Shown: piece by piece, positions 26,915-39,032 of the stretch
Numbering within the stretch: position 1 is the stretch's first letter
Layout of the letters: every line of letters begins with the position of its first letter
Source of the DNA: Azolla caroliniana
Taxonomy: Eukaryota; Plantae; Polypodiophyta
Length of the DNA: 64,000 nucleotides
NCBI GenBank assembly: GCA_043228905.1
Contig: JBHGNT010000017.1
Coordinates: 5,332,001 to 5,396,000, forward strand
Reading direction: 5' to 3'
Notes under the pieces: generated by a model
What the model was told of the DNA's origin: nothing
What the model saw: only the letters and a program-made list of their open reading frames with translations
Databases searched by the model: none
Position numbers and translations under genes: made by a program

Positions 26915-29115
26915 TATTTGCCTCAACGCACTGGAATGACAAAAACTAATCACATTGGAATGCCTTACAGATAACTTTCCATGACCAAAAGCACTCAAAG
27001 AAACTTGGAATGTTCACTAGAGATATCTCAACAAATTGGAGACAATCATAAAGAGATTTCTTAAAAAAGAACTTAAAGAGTCCAAACCCAACAATAGGTA
27101 GCTAGCTAGCCAATGAAAACAATATTCCAACCTTCCCAGTATTTGAGCCAATGGATAAAATAACAGTCATCCATGTTATTAGAGAAGACATTGAACAATT
27201 AAAAGGATTTTCCATATAGTGCATTTGGAAACCCAAGTCAAAGATTGTCTCTCGATTGATGGATAAAAGTTCTTATTGATTGACACGTCCATGGGAAATA
27301 GATAATTGTTTAAAAATGACAATGAATAGCCTTCATCCAACAATAGTCGTCCTCTCCCTTTCTTGAGTCAGTGGGCATCCACATAAGATGGAACTATCAC
27401 GTCCCTACAGGGATTTGTACATAATCATCTAATTTGTAAAATTTTATAACTAATGGAAAGAGTTTTTTTTTGGAAAAAAAAAAACTGAGAATGACTGATT
27501 CTCCTTTCACTTTAGAAATGTGAATTAATGGAAGACCCAAACTGGGAAATTAGGAATAAAATGTGGTTTTTCATCTCAACTTTTTAACTTTACTTTTGTT
27601 ATTTGTTCTACCATTTGAAGAGTGTTTTGACAATGTTGCACTTGCATGGACATTAATATATCAACATCGTCATGTAAAAAGCACATTGAGGTTGGGTGAT
27701 ATTTAAAAGTTCACTCTTAACTATGTCTTTCTCAATTTTGTATGAAATTCGACATGAATGTCTCATGCATGTGTCGTATATTGCCACGTCACAACACTCC
27801 AAGGACTTGGAAGGCCAGTAAAGGTAGACAAAAGTAAAAGAAGAGTAATTGTTATCAATGTCAATTTCCTTTTCACATATAGAAGTTGTGGAGTTGAGAA
27901 AAACCTATTCTCAATGATTATTCAACATAAATTTATATTAATCTCTATATGAATTGATTGAATGTGAAGGGCGAGCCACATAGTTCTTATAGTTTATCAA
28001 AAAGACTATTTATTTCTCTGGAAAAAAAAGACTATTTATGATTCTTTGCTTGCTTCTCCCCCCCCCCCCCCCCCTTTATTAGACATGTGCATCGATGTAC
28101 AATAAAGGACATAAAATTGAAATTGGTCATGAATATGTGGAGAATGAATCTAATGAACCAAAATGTGCTGTGTAAAATGAATGAAAGGATATGATGTAAA
28201 ATTTGGTTTCCTTTTTCATGGTTCATTGTTTTATGTTATAGCCAATATAATACTTCAGCAACACTATTAATTCAACCAAAGATATGATGTTGCCCTAACA
28301 TTGGCCACTATTAGCGCCAATCAAATATAACTCACATGATTCTTATGTGATCAAGTACGTTGTAACTTTGAAGTGAAAGGGAATAAAGAAAAAAGGAGAT
28401 GAAAGAATGGATGTGCCACTAAGAATAGATGCATTAGGTTTAAAGCGATGCCAAATGTGTTCAATAGTTGTTTCATTGTAATAATATACTCCAACATCCT
28501 AGTGAATTTCTAGTGTCCAATTGAACATTAGGAACTTCATATTGTCTCTCTGTGTTTTTTGAACTTGCTCAAGTTCGAAGTTCTAGTTTTAATCTTCATA
28601 TTCTTCTGTGTTAAATTAAACTTTGGTAGTACTTAACGTGAAGTTTCCAGTTGTTCTCTTTGTAGTACCCCTTTCGTGTACGACACTAGACTTGTGAAAT
28701 ACTTAAAGTGGCCTAGGTTTCTATTGAACATTGGTAAAGATGTCATTATATAATATTGGCCCCTTGGTTTTTCAAACTCTTCCAAGTTCGAAGCTCCCAA
28801 GAACTGAAGTTTTTCACGTTATTCATTCATGCATCTTCTGAATTTATGCGTTGTCGTACAACGATATTTCTAATACATATTGATACGACCAGGGTAACTC
28901 TGATTAGTGTTTGATAGAGAGGCCAAAATTGAGTCATGGGTACTTGAGTCGACAGACAAGTGGCACATATTGATCTATGGGACCTCTTAAAGGGCACAAG
29001 TTTTCTTTTCTTTTTTGATGTGTATCTCCTCCGTAAGGAAAAAAGGGTGAGGAAGACACCCACAAATCTAAAAAGACTGAGGAAGGCTTAGTCTATAGGA
29101 CTCTATACATATACA

Positions 29116-29121
29116 TATAAA
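29116..29121 (+). promoter_or_regulatory. Candidate TATA box of the dioxygenase-like gene
   Basis: TATAAA 87 bp upstream of ATG 29203. Confidence 0.45.
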
Positions 29122-29202
29122 GAGTGAGGAAGGCATGCTTTTATTATAGCAAGGAGAGATAGACAGTGAAAAGTGTGTGTGTTTGTTACCAAAACATTTG
29201 TG

Positions 29203-32027
29203 ATGTCTTCTTCAAAGGAAGATGAAGCAAAGGTAAGGACCACCATCCCTTCTTCTTCTTCTTTTTGCTACTCCTTGTTGGGGTTAGGGTTAGGGTTAGT
29301 GTTGGTGTTGTATTGTGATGTGGAAGCAGCAAATGCACTTAGATTGGCTCCTCCTAGGCATAGACCATCATGGCATGGTGGTGACTCGGCATTGTCGAGA
29401 CCCTCGCAAGAAGACTCTACCCATCACCACCGCGGCATTGTTCTACCACAACCTCCACAACCTCAACCATCTCCATCTCCTCCGGCGGCACAACCGCCAT
29501 CGGCACCACCTCAGCCCACACCATCATCCTCACCCCCTAGGCCCACACCCACACCCCCGGCGGCACAACCGCCATCGGCGCCACCTCAACCCACACCATC
29601 ATCCTCACCTCCTAGGCCCACGCCCACACCGCCATCATCCAACACATCATCTTCTTCTTCCAATTGCTCCGAGATTGACGGAATGACGGAGGGCCCATAT
29701 TGGGTCGAGGAGGACCTCCAAGCTTCGGATATCCGCCAAGACCTCCTTTTCGGCCTCCGACTCAACCTAATCTTCAAAGTGGACAACATATCAACATCAT
29801 CATTGTCATTGGGGTCGGAAAATAACAACAACAATGGGTCGTGCGAGGCCGTAGAGAATGTGAGGATCGATGTGTGGCAAGCTCGGTATGACGGGATATA
29901 TAGTGATGTGGAAAAGGATAATACCCAAGGGGAGACTTGGCTTCGCGGCTACCAATTCACAAACTCCTCCGGATATGCTTGTTTCACCACTATCTATCCA
30001 GGTAAAAAATAAAAAATAAAAAATCTTTTGTTTTCTCCTATTTCATTCAAGAACATGGTGGTAAATCTAATAATAGTAGGCTATGGATGCAAGGGTCTTG
30101 GGTTCAAATCCCATCCCCATGCTTCCACACATCATTGTTGTACCATACATACATCACTTCTCCGAAACTACCATGTCAATGTGCCACAAATCCATCCCAT
30201 ACTTCCTCACATAATTGTTGTACCACACATCACTTCTCCGAAACTACATGTCAAATGTGCAACAAATCCATCCCATGCTTCCACACATCATTGTTGTACC
30301 ATACATCACTTCTCCGGAACTACATGTCAATGTTCCACACACATCACTTTCCTGGAACTACATGACACATTGACATGAACTTCATCTCGATCTCCAAATA
30401 TATGGCACACCCACCTCAACTACATAGGAAGGGGCTCTTCTCCCTTGAATTCACCTCACAGTCCCCTCGAGGGCCATGCCATGACGTCTTCTCGTGACCC
30501 TGAGTCGATCGTTTGCCTCATGATCATTACCTGTTACCTGTTCTCGGTCTCTCCCGCATATGCATACCCCTTAATCTCTCTCTCTCTCTCCCCCCCCCTT
30601 TGCATTGCATTCACATCTTTGAAACACACAATTTTTTATGCACTCATCGGTAATGACGAAGCCTGACATGACAAGCAGCATGTCACTAGCTCAAGGTAAG
30701 ATCCGAGTGGATTGTGTTGGAAGTTTTCTAGGGGTTATCTAGTACTCAAGTAGATGTCTCTTTTCTTTCGAGAAACACACACACTTTGAAAAACCTTCAT
30801 CATTAGGTTCTCTCTCTCTCTATATGTTTTCATTGGCAAGACATGTTGCAAGGGTCTATTATGCCTAGCTTTAGAAATCAAAAGTTAATATTATCGGTGT
30901 AGAGCCATGGTCATAGGTGTCGAAAGATGAGAATGTTCATTTGACCTCGATTGTATTCTTTGGACATTCTTGTTGCCTTGCTTTCCAATCTCTTTACAAT
31001 AAAGCCGAAAAACTCATAAATATGTTTACGATAATACCTTATTCAAAAAAGTAGGAATAAGCCAATCTTTATTTTAGATTATCTTAGAATGTATGCTAAT
31101 AAAGATAAAGAGATGATTTATTCATATCTAGAAATTGAGATATATCGGTTGAGGTTTACAACCGTTAATATCATGCATCGGTAAAACAAATTGTGTGATA
31201 TGATTGGGAAAAGACGTATGTGTGTACCCTCAAGGCTTCATTGGCTGTTTTGAATGGAATAAAGTATGCTTAGTTTCATAGGTTCTTGTCTTTTAAGTAG
31301 TTTGTGTCTTATTTGTTTAATGCCTCCAATAGGGTAGCCAAGTAATCGACAATTGGCATGCTCAAGGTCTTAAAAACATACGGAATGTCCAAAACCTGAA
31401 AATGTTGGTGCAATTTATTCATAAGATTATGGGGTATTATTCTCTAGGATATGATGAGCACTATAGATAGATTCTCCCTTTTTCACAATCTTATTCTTAT
31501 AAGTTCTGAATGCATTTGTAGTTTTAAGTTTTCTCCCTCAATTTGAGGATAAGTAGCTTGATGTGCTTTGCCCAATGTTGATGGGGTACTCATTGTAACC
31601 GACTTGCGAGAGGATGGCCATATAACATTTTCATAAATGACAAATGTTTATTGGTTTGCGTATGTGTGTAGGATGGTACTCAGGTCGGACTCCACACATA
31701 CATGTGAGAGTGAGAACATATGACTCAGACGGCAACACCACATTGTATGAAGACACGTCACAATTATTCTTCAACGACACCATCAATGAAGAGGTGTTCA
31801 ATAATGTGTATCCTTATAACACTCGGGGTGGTAAAAGAGACACCTATAACAGTGGAGACTCGTTGTTTACAATAAGTAATGTTATCCCTCTTGTTGGCAA
31901 CTACACCGATGGCTACACAAGTTCAATAGTTGAGCTTAATATACCTTTTTCCATTTCCTCTCCTTATTCTAATGCCTTCATTCGTCGTATTTCCAACGAT
32001 GATGATTTTGATCAACACCACACTTAA
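29203..32027 (+). CDS. Intradiol ring-cleavage dioxygenase-like protein with N-terminal hydrophobic signal/anchor and Pro-rich linker; exons 29203-30001 and 31672-32027, 384 aa
   Basis: Phase-1 GT-AG intron (CCA G|GTAAA..TGTAG|GA TGG) joins FTTIYPG to WYSGRTPHIH. Family motifs TEGPYW, DIR, RIDVWQA..GIYS, LRGYQFT..G..FTTIYPGWYSGRTPHIH, SQLFF. Hydrophobic stretch LLGLGLGLVLVLYC. Confidence 0.93.
29480..29635 (+). repeat. 75-bp coding tandem duplication (PPAAQPPSAPPQPTPSSSPPRPTPT x2)
   Basis: Two identical 25-aa units with only synonymous nucleotide differences visible. Confidence 0.9.
30110..30370. repeat. Degenerate ~75-bp tandem repeat in the dioxygenase intron
   Basis: Recurrent CCATGCTTCCACACATCATTGTTGTACCATACATCACTTCTCCGAAACTACATGTCAA (3-4 copies). 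Confidence 0.85.
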
Positions 32028-35000
32028 GTTATACTAGTATTTTAGGCACATTTCTTTGTAAGGATTGGCCCTACAAACATACAACTTTGTGATGAGTCAA
32101 ATTCCACAAGTTGTACACATCACTTGGTGACAACAAATTTCCTTCTTCATTTATGGCAAATTTGAATGTTGCTGAACCACACAAGCATAAAGTAAATAAA
32201 ATTTGTTTTATAGAGAAATCTATTGATATATAAGAGTGGATTAAATAAATAAAATGGAAGAAAATAGATGTATATTTCTTGAAAAAAATGTTAATGTTGG
32301 CTTTGTACTTGCTGTAGAAACAAGTGTGAAGTTGTGAACCACAGAATGTGATCCATCTTTCACGCAAGCTCAGTTTAAACAAAATATAGTTGTTGATTTA
32401 ATGTATTAAATGGCTCAGTTTGCTTGGATGTTTAGGGGTTTGGTTTGAGCCTTTATTGACTTAATCCTTTTGGTAGATATTTTTGAAATATTTAATGAAT
32501 GTCTACGAAGTTTTAACTTACATATTTATTTCAAAAATATTTAAGAAATATACGATGCGTATTACAAAGTTTTAACTTACAACCAATTATGTTTTAGTTA
32601 TTCTTGCCAAAACTATGGGTTGAGGATAAATGGTTTGTGGAGTGGGTGTAACCTCATGAGACACCCCCAACATTTTAAGGGGGTCAACATTTCAGATGGA
32701 ATGTCAAAGGAAAATATAGTGTACCTGACCTGCCATCCTTAAATTATCCTTTTGTTTAGTGTTGGTGTGTATGACCTCTAACCTTGGGCTATGGTCATTA
32801 TCATAGCCATTGGCACACCAAGCCTATGAACCCACACTCCATGATGAACTCTTCAAAGGATCCCACATTGAAGTTTGTTCGAACATCTTGCCAAACCTCA
32901 CCCAAGGCCTAGGACAAGTTGAATCATGAAATTACAAGGGTCTAACCAAATTCGAGGCTATGGATGGAACTTGAAGAGAAATTAGCTTGGGTTTAGTGGG
33001 GAACCCTCACCTTGTTGCGATCGTGAAGGAGTGTTTGCGCACATTTTCGAGGCAAGTGCTCATTGGACCACCTTGATCAACACAAAGTGTTCACATGGTT
33101 GTACTAGCTAACTAGAACAAGTTCTAGCTCAAAGACCAATTCGACCCTATGGTGCTCAATAATGATGAACCCCCAAACTATGCGGCTTGAGAATAAAGGA
33201 GGGTGATCCATAAGCTTCTTCACCCTAGATTTCATTCAGCCCATCAAGAACACGAACCTATAGCTTGGTCCAATCATCCCCTAAAACTATCGAAACCTCG
33301 ACATAAGTCGGGATTTTTTTTGTCCGCCTTCTCGTCCATAAACTCTCAATGTGAATCCTCTAGTTTTCCATGGTTTTTTGTGAACCCCTTGCATCTTCAT
33401 GGAATTTTGCATCCACAATCTAATCACTTCCAAGATGCCTTTCTTTTGCCCTGTTCTTTCATCATGGGTTTTCTTCTCTTCTTTTGATGGCATCTGGCCA
33501 TTTCATCGGATCTATGCTCAATTATGGTTCTCCTTGGTTTGTTTAGAAGCCTCCATGCCTCTCTGTTCTCAAATCCCTTGTCTGTGACAAAATTCAAAAT
33601 TTACAACTGCCATATGTATCAATCCAATCCTTCATTTTTGGCTAGGTCTTTCAGCATCTCCAATTAAGTTTCCTTTATGTTTGTCTCTAGAATCTCCAGA
33701 ATTGGAAAGCCATGATCCTTCCTTGGGGTTTATCCATAGCAACCCTTTAAAATGAAGAGATCCTCAACATGTCAAGCATTCCTCTTGGTACCATCTCCAT
33801 TCCATAGATTCACAACTATTGGGGGGGCGGCATTGCCACCATGAAACCGACTTATTCACTAGGAATTGTACCGAATGCCATGCTAATAAATGTGCTACGG
33901 ATTTGTGGGTGGAACCTCTAGAATGGGAGATGAGTGAAATGGATGGATGAAGATATATTGAGAAGAAGATGGTTAAAAGAAAGAGATATGGGATAATAGG
34001 GGGAGTAATGAGCATACAACCAAGTTAGAGAGGTTTCAATTGGATACCTTCATGTAAAAAACAAAAGAGATGAGATAATTGGCTAGGTTCCTACATGAGA
34101 AGGGGCTTTTATTTCTGCCACTTTCCAATTTGATGGTGTGCCCCTTTATGATATAGGGGAGCATCCCCATTCGCTAAGCATAACAAAACATTTATATCTG
34201 TACCTTAGTGGTGGTTACATTGCTTCCTAACATACATACATACATACATACATACATATTCATAGGTGTAAGGGCTCATCACCGTACATTAATAAATGCT
34301 TTAATCTCAATTGAAACACTTGCCTAGTAGTCTCCTTTGTGGCACCCCTTTATTTCAACTAATAAAGATGCTTATTTTAGAGGAAAGGAGCATTGCCACT
34401 CACTCCCACCAAACCTATACACATCACTCTTTTCCTCTAATACTCTAACACCATCATCCATGTTAATGTCAATCATGTCCACATACCCATTCATTCTTAC
34501 CAAACTCCAACTTCATCACCTTCTTTTTTATAACAACTTCCCAATTTGTCATGTCTCTCTCGCTTCCTAAACGTCACCTTGAGGCCATATGTCGCATATA
34601 TCTTGGCCACACATGGTCTTGTCGATGCTTGACCATCTCCTCCATGTCATACGTCAACATTATTGTCTCCATTCCTTTTTTCCCGAGTTTCTCCATCGCT
34701 CACCCCATGCTCTTCACATCGGGTTCACCAAATGTCACACGCATCGTGATTGAGTGCAAAACCTCCATAAAGTGGTGATGAGGAGGCTTCAAGATTGAGA
34801 TGAGTGCAAGGGATCATTTCAAAAGAAGTTTTGTAGACATAGGTCTTGATCTTATGACTTTTAGGTTAAAAACAAGATGCTTTAAATAATTGAGCAAGAA
34901 AGGATGGAATGCTATGTGACTCAAAAGTGTTACTTACAACATAGACTTATATTGTTTTTGGGAGGATGTTCGATAATGTCTTTTTCCCCATACTTCATAA

Positions 35001-35959
35001 TCAAGCCCTTTATATACAATTCCTCATGCTAAGTTGGTGAGGAAGTATGTCGTCACTTGAAGCACGCACTCAAACTTAGTTTACCTGCATATATGTGGTT
35101 TAACCTAGTTTGAGTGCATTTGTGTGATTTATCCTAGTTTGTGTGCGTGTATGTTTCAAGTAATGTGTAATTGGATGCTTGGTTTAGAGGTGGTATCAAG
35201 TTGTTGGTTCATGAGATTTTGCTAGAAATTCGAAACCATTTGATTAACTTCATCTACATATTTTTTGACATCACAATACTCAAAGTAAGGATGTTTTGCA
35301 TTCCGCTTTTGCAACCATTAACACTTCCTAATTTAGATGTGGTTCAAATTGTATGTTGTAGGCAATATGACACGAACCCACCTCCTGTTCTACCTTACAC
35401 CACAAATCAATTGGCCAAAATCATGATTGACAAGACCATTGAGGAGTATATTCTATCCCATGCTCACCACTTCTTCCATTAACACAATCCCGCCAAATGG
35501 CATTGCCCACCAACAATGCTTACAACCACCACCATTTCTTGGAGGATTTGAGCACCTAGATTGTGACCAAGGAGCATTGACTCTAGAAGAGCTATGACCC
35601 GCCTAGTTATAGTGGAATCTAATATGGTGAACATGGGGATCACCAACCTTGAACTAGACACTACTATAGACACTACCATAAACAAAATGTGCACACTTCA
35701 AACCATGATGAAGCTTTCTTTTAGAAACTATTTTATAAAGGAGGTCCTAAGGTGAGTTTTCTAAAGTCCTATAAATAACACTTTAAGAAGACATTTTGGA
35801 TTTTCACTTGTTTTTTTTTTCCTTGAAAGATTTTCTTCAATAGAATTAAAACATCAAGAAAGTACAAGTAAAAGTTATTTGCCCGTAGGCTTACAACGTA
35901 ATGTATGTACACCTAAACTTGTACATACAAAAACAACTTATATAGGGTTGTTGAGCCTT

Positions 35960-36800
35960 AAACGATACATTAACATGTTGGTTTTATATCAAGAAAGGGT
36001 CCATGGAAGATGATAATTCCATTGAGGTCTTTGGTTTGTCATTACAAAGAGAGGCACCTTCCTCCATAAGTGAAGAAGCTTCATCCTTCTTTTATGAATA
36101 TTTTTTGGAGAACCAGATATGTTATCATACTGCCCACGAACTATTGTCAACAATGTTTCCCATATCTCAAGCAATACCTCTAGAATGCCAAGCTTTGCGG
36201 CATCGTAAAGTCAACTGCATCTACATTTCCATAATACCCATAATGTTATCGTAGTCACAGTTTTTCAGATCTGGACAAATCGCATCTACTTTCGAGGTTG
36301 TTGAAACGGACAAAGTGATATCAATCTTCTGTTATATGTCGTCATGGCCTCTAGTATATCATCTGCCTCATACAACATCAGGCTGGAGTGTAATATTCCC
36401 CAAGAGAACAAGCAACCAACATTGATTGTTAGGAATAAAGAAAGAACTTTATTCCACACTTGCTGAGCCAAGGAACAAGACTAGAGGGCATGCTTAGTAG
36501 CCTCTGGTGTAGCATAGCAAAATTCACATTGCCTGAGATTATGTGCTACATTCCCTTTTAACGTCTGGCCAACTGGTAATGCAACATGCACTAATAGCCA
36601 TCTAAAAAGAGAATTTTCACTTGTTTTCTTGCGTTTCATGTCTTATTAGGTTTCTTTTCCTCCACCTAGACATTTTTTTTGCCTGTGCTCCTAGTTACGC
36701 TCAAGTTGGCCCATCCTTTGTTTTCCATCATCCATCTCTGCTACACCTTAATCATCAACGGTTGTTCAGTTTGGTTCGTCAAGAGATTTGTAAAGAATTT
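35960..36800 (-). mobile_element. Decayed 3' fragment of an L1-type LINE (zf-RVT zinc-binding region)
   Basis: Minus strand reads WLLVHVALPVGQTLKG..CEFCYATPEATKHAL*SCSLAQQVW, the CxxC..H..C..A..VW pattern also seen at 44750-44900. Confidence 0.65.
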
Positions 36801-38802
36801 CGTTTGAGGGTTTAAGCATTTGCTTTTGTTTGAGCTTCCATCAGCTTAATGATTTACCATGTGTCTGTGTAAGTTTGGTTTGAGCCTTCATCAACGTAAC
36901 CACTTAATAGTTTCGAGGGTACATTTTAAGAAATATTTATTAAACCTATAAATTATTTCTACGAATGATGTAATATGTAACTCCATGGTTTAGTTTTAAC
37001 CTTGAACCCTAAGAATCCTTTTATGTTCTAGTTTTCTTTTCAACAAAAATTAAAATAAACATCTCTTGAAAATTGAAAAATAAGTGTACAATTGCCATTA
37101 AATAAATTTAATTCAAAATCAACCTTTCAAACCATGGCTTAATGGTTTATCAATTGTAGATCTGATGAACTATTTGATTTGAGCTTAAATCCTCAAACAA
37201 TTTGGCCTAAACGATATCGTTGGGCAAGGAGTTTAGGCCTCGATATACTGTAATAGTTTCAAAGTGGGCAATAACTTTTTGTCAATCACTTTCAAGTTGC
37301 TAGCCTTGCAAACCCTCACTCTCACCTCGTTAAGACAACCCTAATCAAGAATCTAGCTTAAATATTAAGTACGCACACATGAACGCACAATATTACACAT
37401 TGTAGTATTATCCACCCCTCAATTAAGTAGGGAAATCACACAACAGATTTAAAATGATGAGTGATTAGGGTTTGACTAATGACCACTTAACTCTAATCTC
37501 TCAACTCACAACAAGTATATGGGAGAGAGAGAGATGGACTGATTTGTAACCCCTAAGACATTGGAAGCTAGCATATTAGGGCTACTCCACTTGTCCCAAC
37601 ACTCATAATTGATGATGCTAACACAAGCCTCGATATCATAAGTACACTAAAAGGCAAAGCGATCTCAATGCCTTAGGATGAAAGAGATGCCATTACTACC
37701 TTCATGCTTTTGATAACTTTATATGGTACGATTGTCCTAGCTATAATTTATATTGGGGCTAGAATTAGCATCATCAACTATGAGTTTTGACAATGGTATA
37801 GCCCTAAAATTCTCCCTTTGGCATATATTGCAATTCGTTCAAGATATGTTGACATACTAAGAGGGAGTGATAACTTAAGTGCCATACTTCAGACACCACC
37901 TAGAAGGTTGAGCTCATATGTGTATGCTTTATTCACGCATAGAGACTTTGTACTTCAGTCTTCAATATATGAATACCCCTCTTTAGGAAGGAGACATATA
38001 TCAATAACACAACTGTTACACATGTATACTCTGGTCCCATAGGTCAAAATTGGCCTCTTTATGGACGATAAAAATTCTAATTTTAATTCTAAACTACAAT
38101 TGACATGTGGGTCCATCCAAAAACCAAAAGGCATGGTGGTGAACCACAAATATCGCTCAAGTAGTAAGAGTTAATAATTGGAACAGAAAGGAGTAGGTTT
38201 CAAATATTGTAATTGCTTTAAGGGAGAAAGGTGACCTATAGTACACAAAATATATCGATGAGGTATGCAGTAAAAATAAGGCAATTGAATATCAAGGTCG
38301 TATGCTATAAAAAGAAACTTATTGTTTTGGTAAGGGCCCTCTTGAAACCTATAAAAGGAGAAAGCGAGCTCATTCCTAGGGATTAGAATTTTGAGAGAGA
38401 CACCTAGGCTTTGTTAAGGATGGCAGGGGGGGACAACGAATGTTGACACACCTGCACCACTCGGCCTCTTCCTTGATGAAGCAGAAAACCAAAGAAGAAC
38501 CAAACACCCTCGAATGAGGGGTTTCAAAGCAACATGACATGGTGTAGAAGCAATTAAGAAAATAAGGGAACGTAAGCTACACCACCTAGAAGCCATGGTT
38601 GGGGCACTCTCTACACCGGGACCAAGGGTCACACCCACATCGAAACCCTTTGCCCTCCCACTTCTTTTCAAGAGACTTGGGTGGAAATGAAATTAGGCTT
38701 AGTGCAAAGTCATTTCCTTTATCGAATGTGTTACACCATACCACGTTTTGTACAATACTAGAACTCTTTTAGTTTAAGTTCTATTTTTATTTTAGTTCTG
38801 AT

Positions 38803-38997
38803 TGTCGAATATGAGTGTATAATGGCCGTATTCACACTGTCCCTTTGGACAACCCAAGTTTGGGCCATTTCTGTAAATAGCATAAAGGGCAATTGCCCTA
38901 GGATAGTCACTATATAAAGTGACTTTGTAACCCTTAGTAAAAGGGTTGGTTGTCATTTGTAACTGTTGCTATTAAGAAATACAATGTTTCTTTGTGC

Positions 38998-39032
<35 letters not shown>

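Noticed and set aside
29281-29300. GGGTTA x3, telomere-like repeat
   Set aside because: It encodes the Gly-Leu repeat of the hydrophobic segment. It is too short and is not the plant TTTAGGG repeat.
32700-35720. Possible gypsy RT/integrase remnants (e.g. QILQEM..GGQCHLAG on minus ~35480-35560)
   Set aside because: Too degenerate to support without a profile search.
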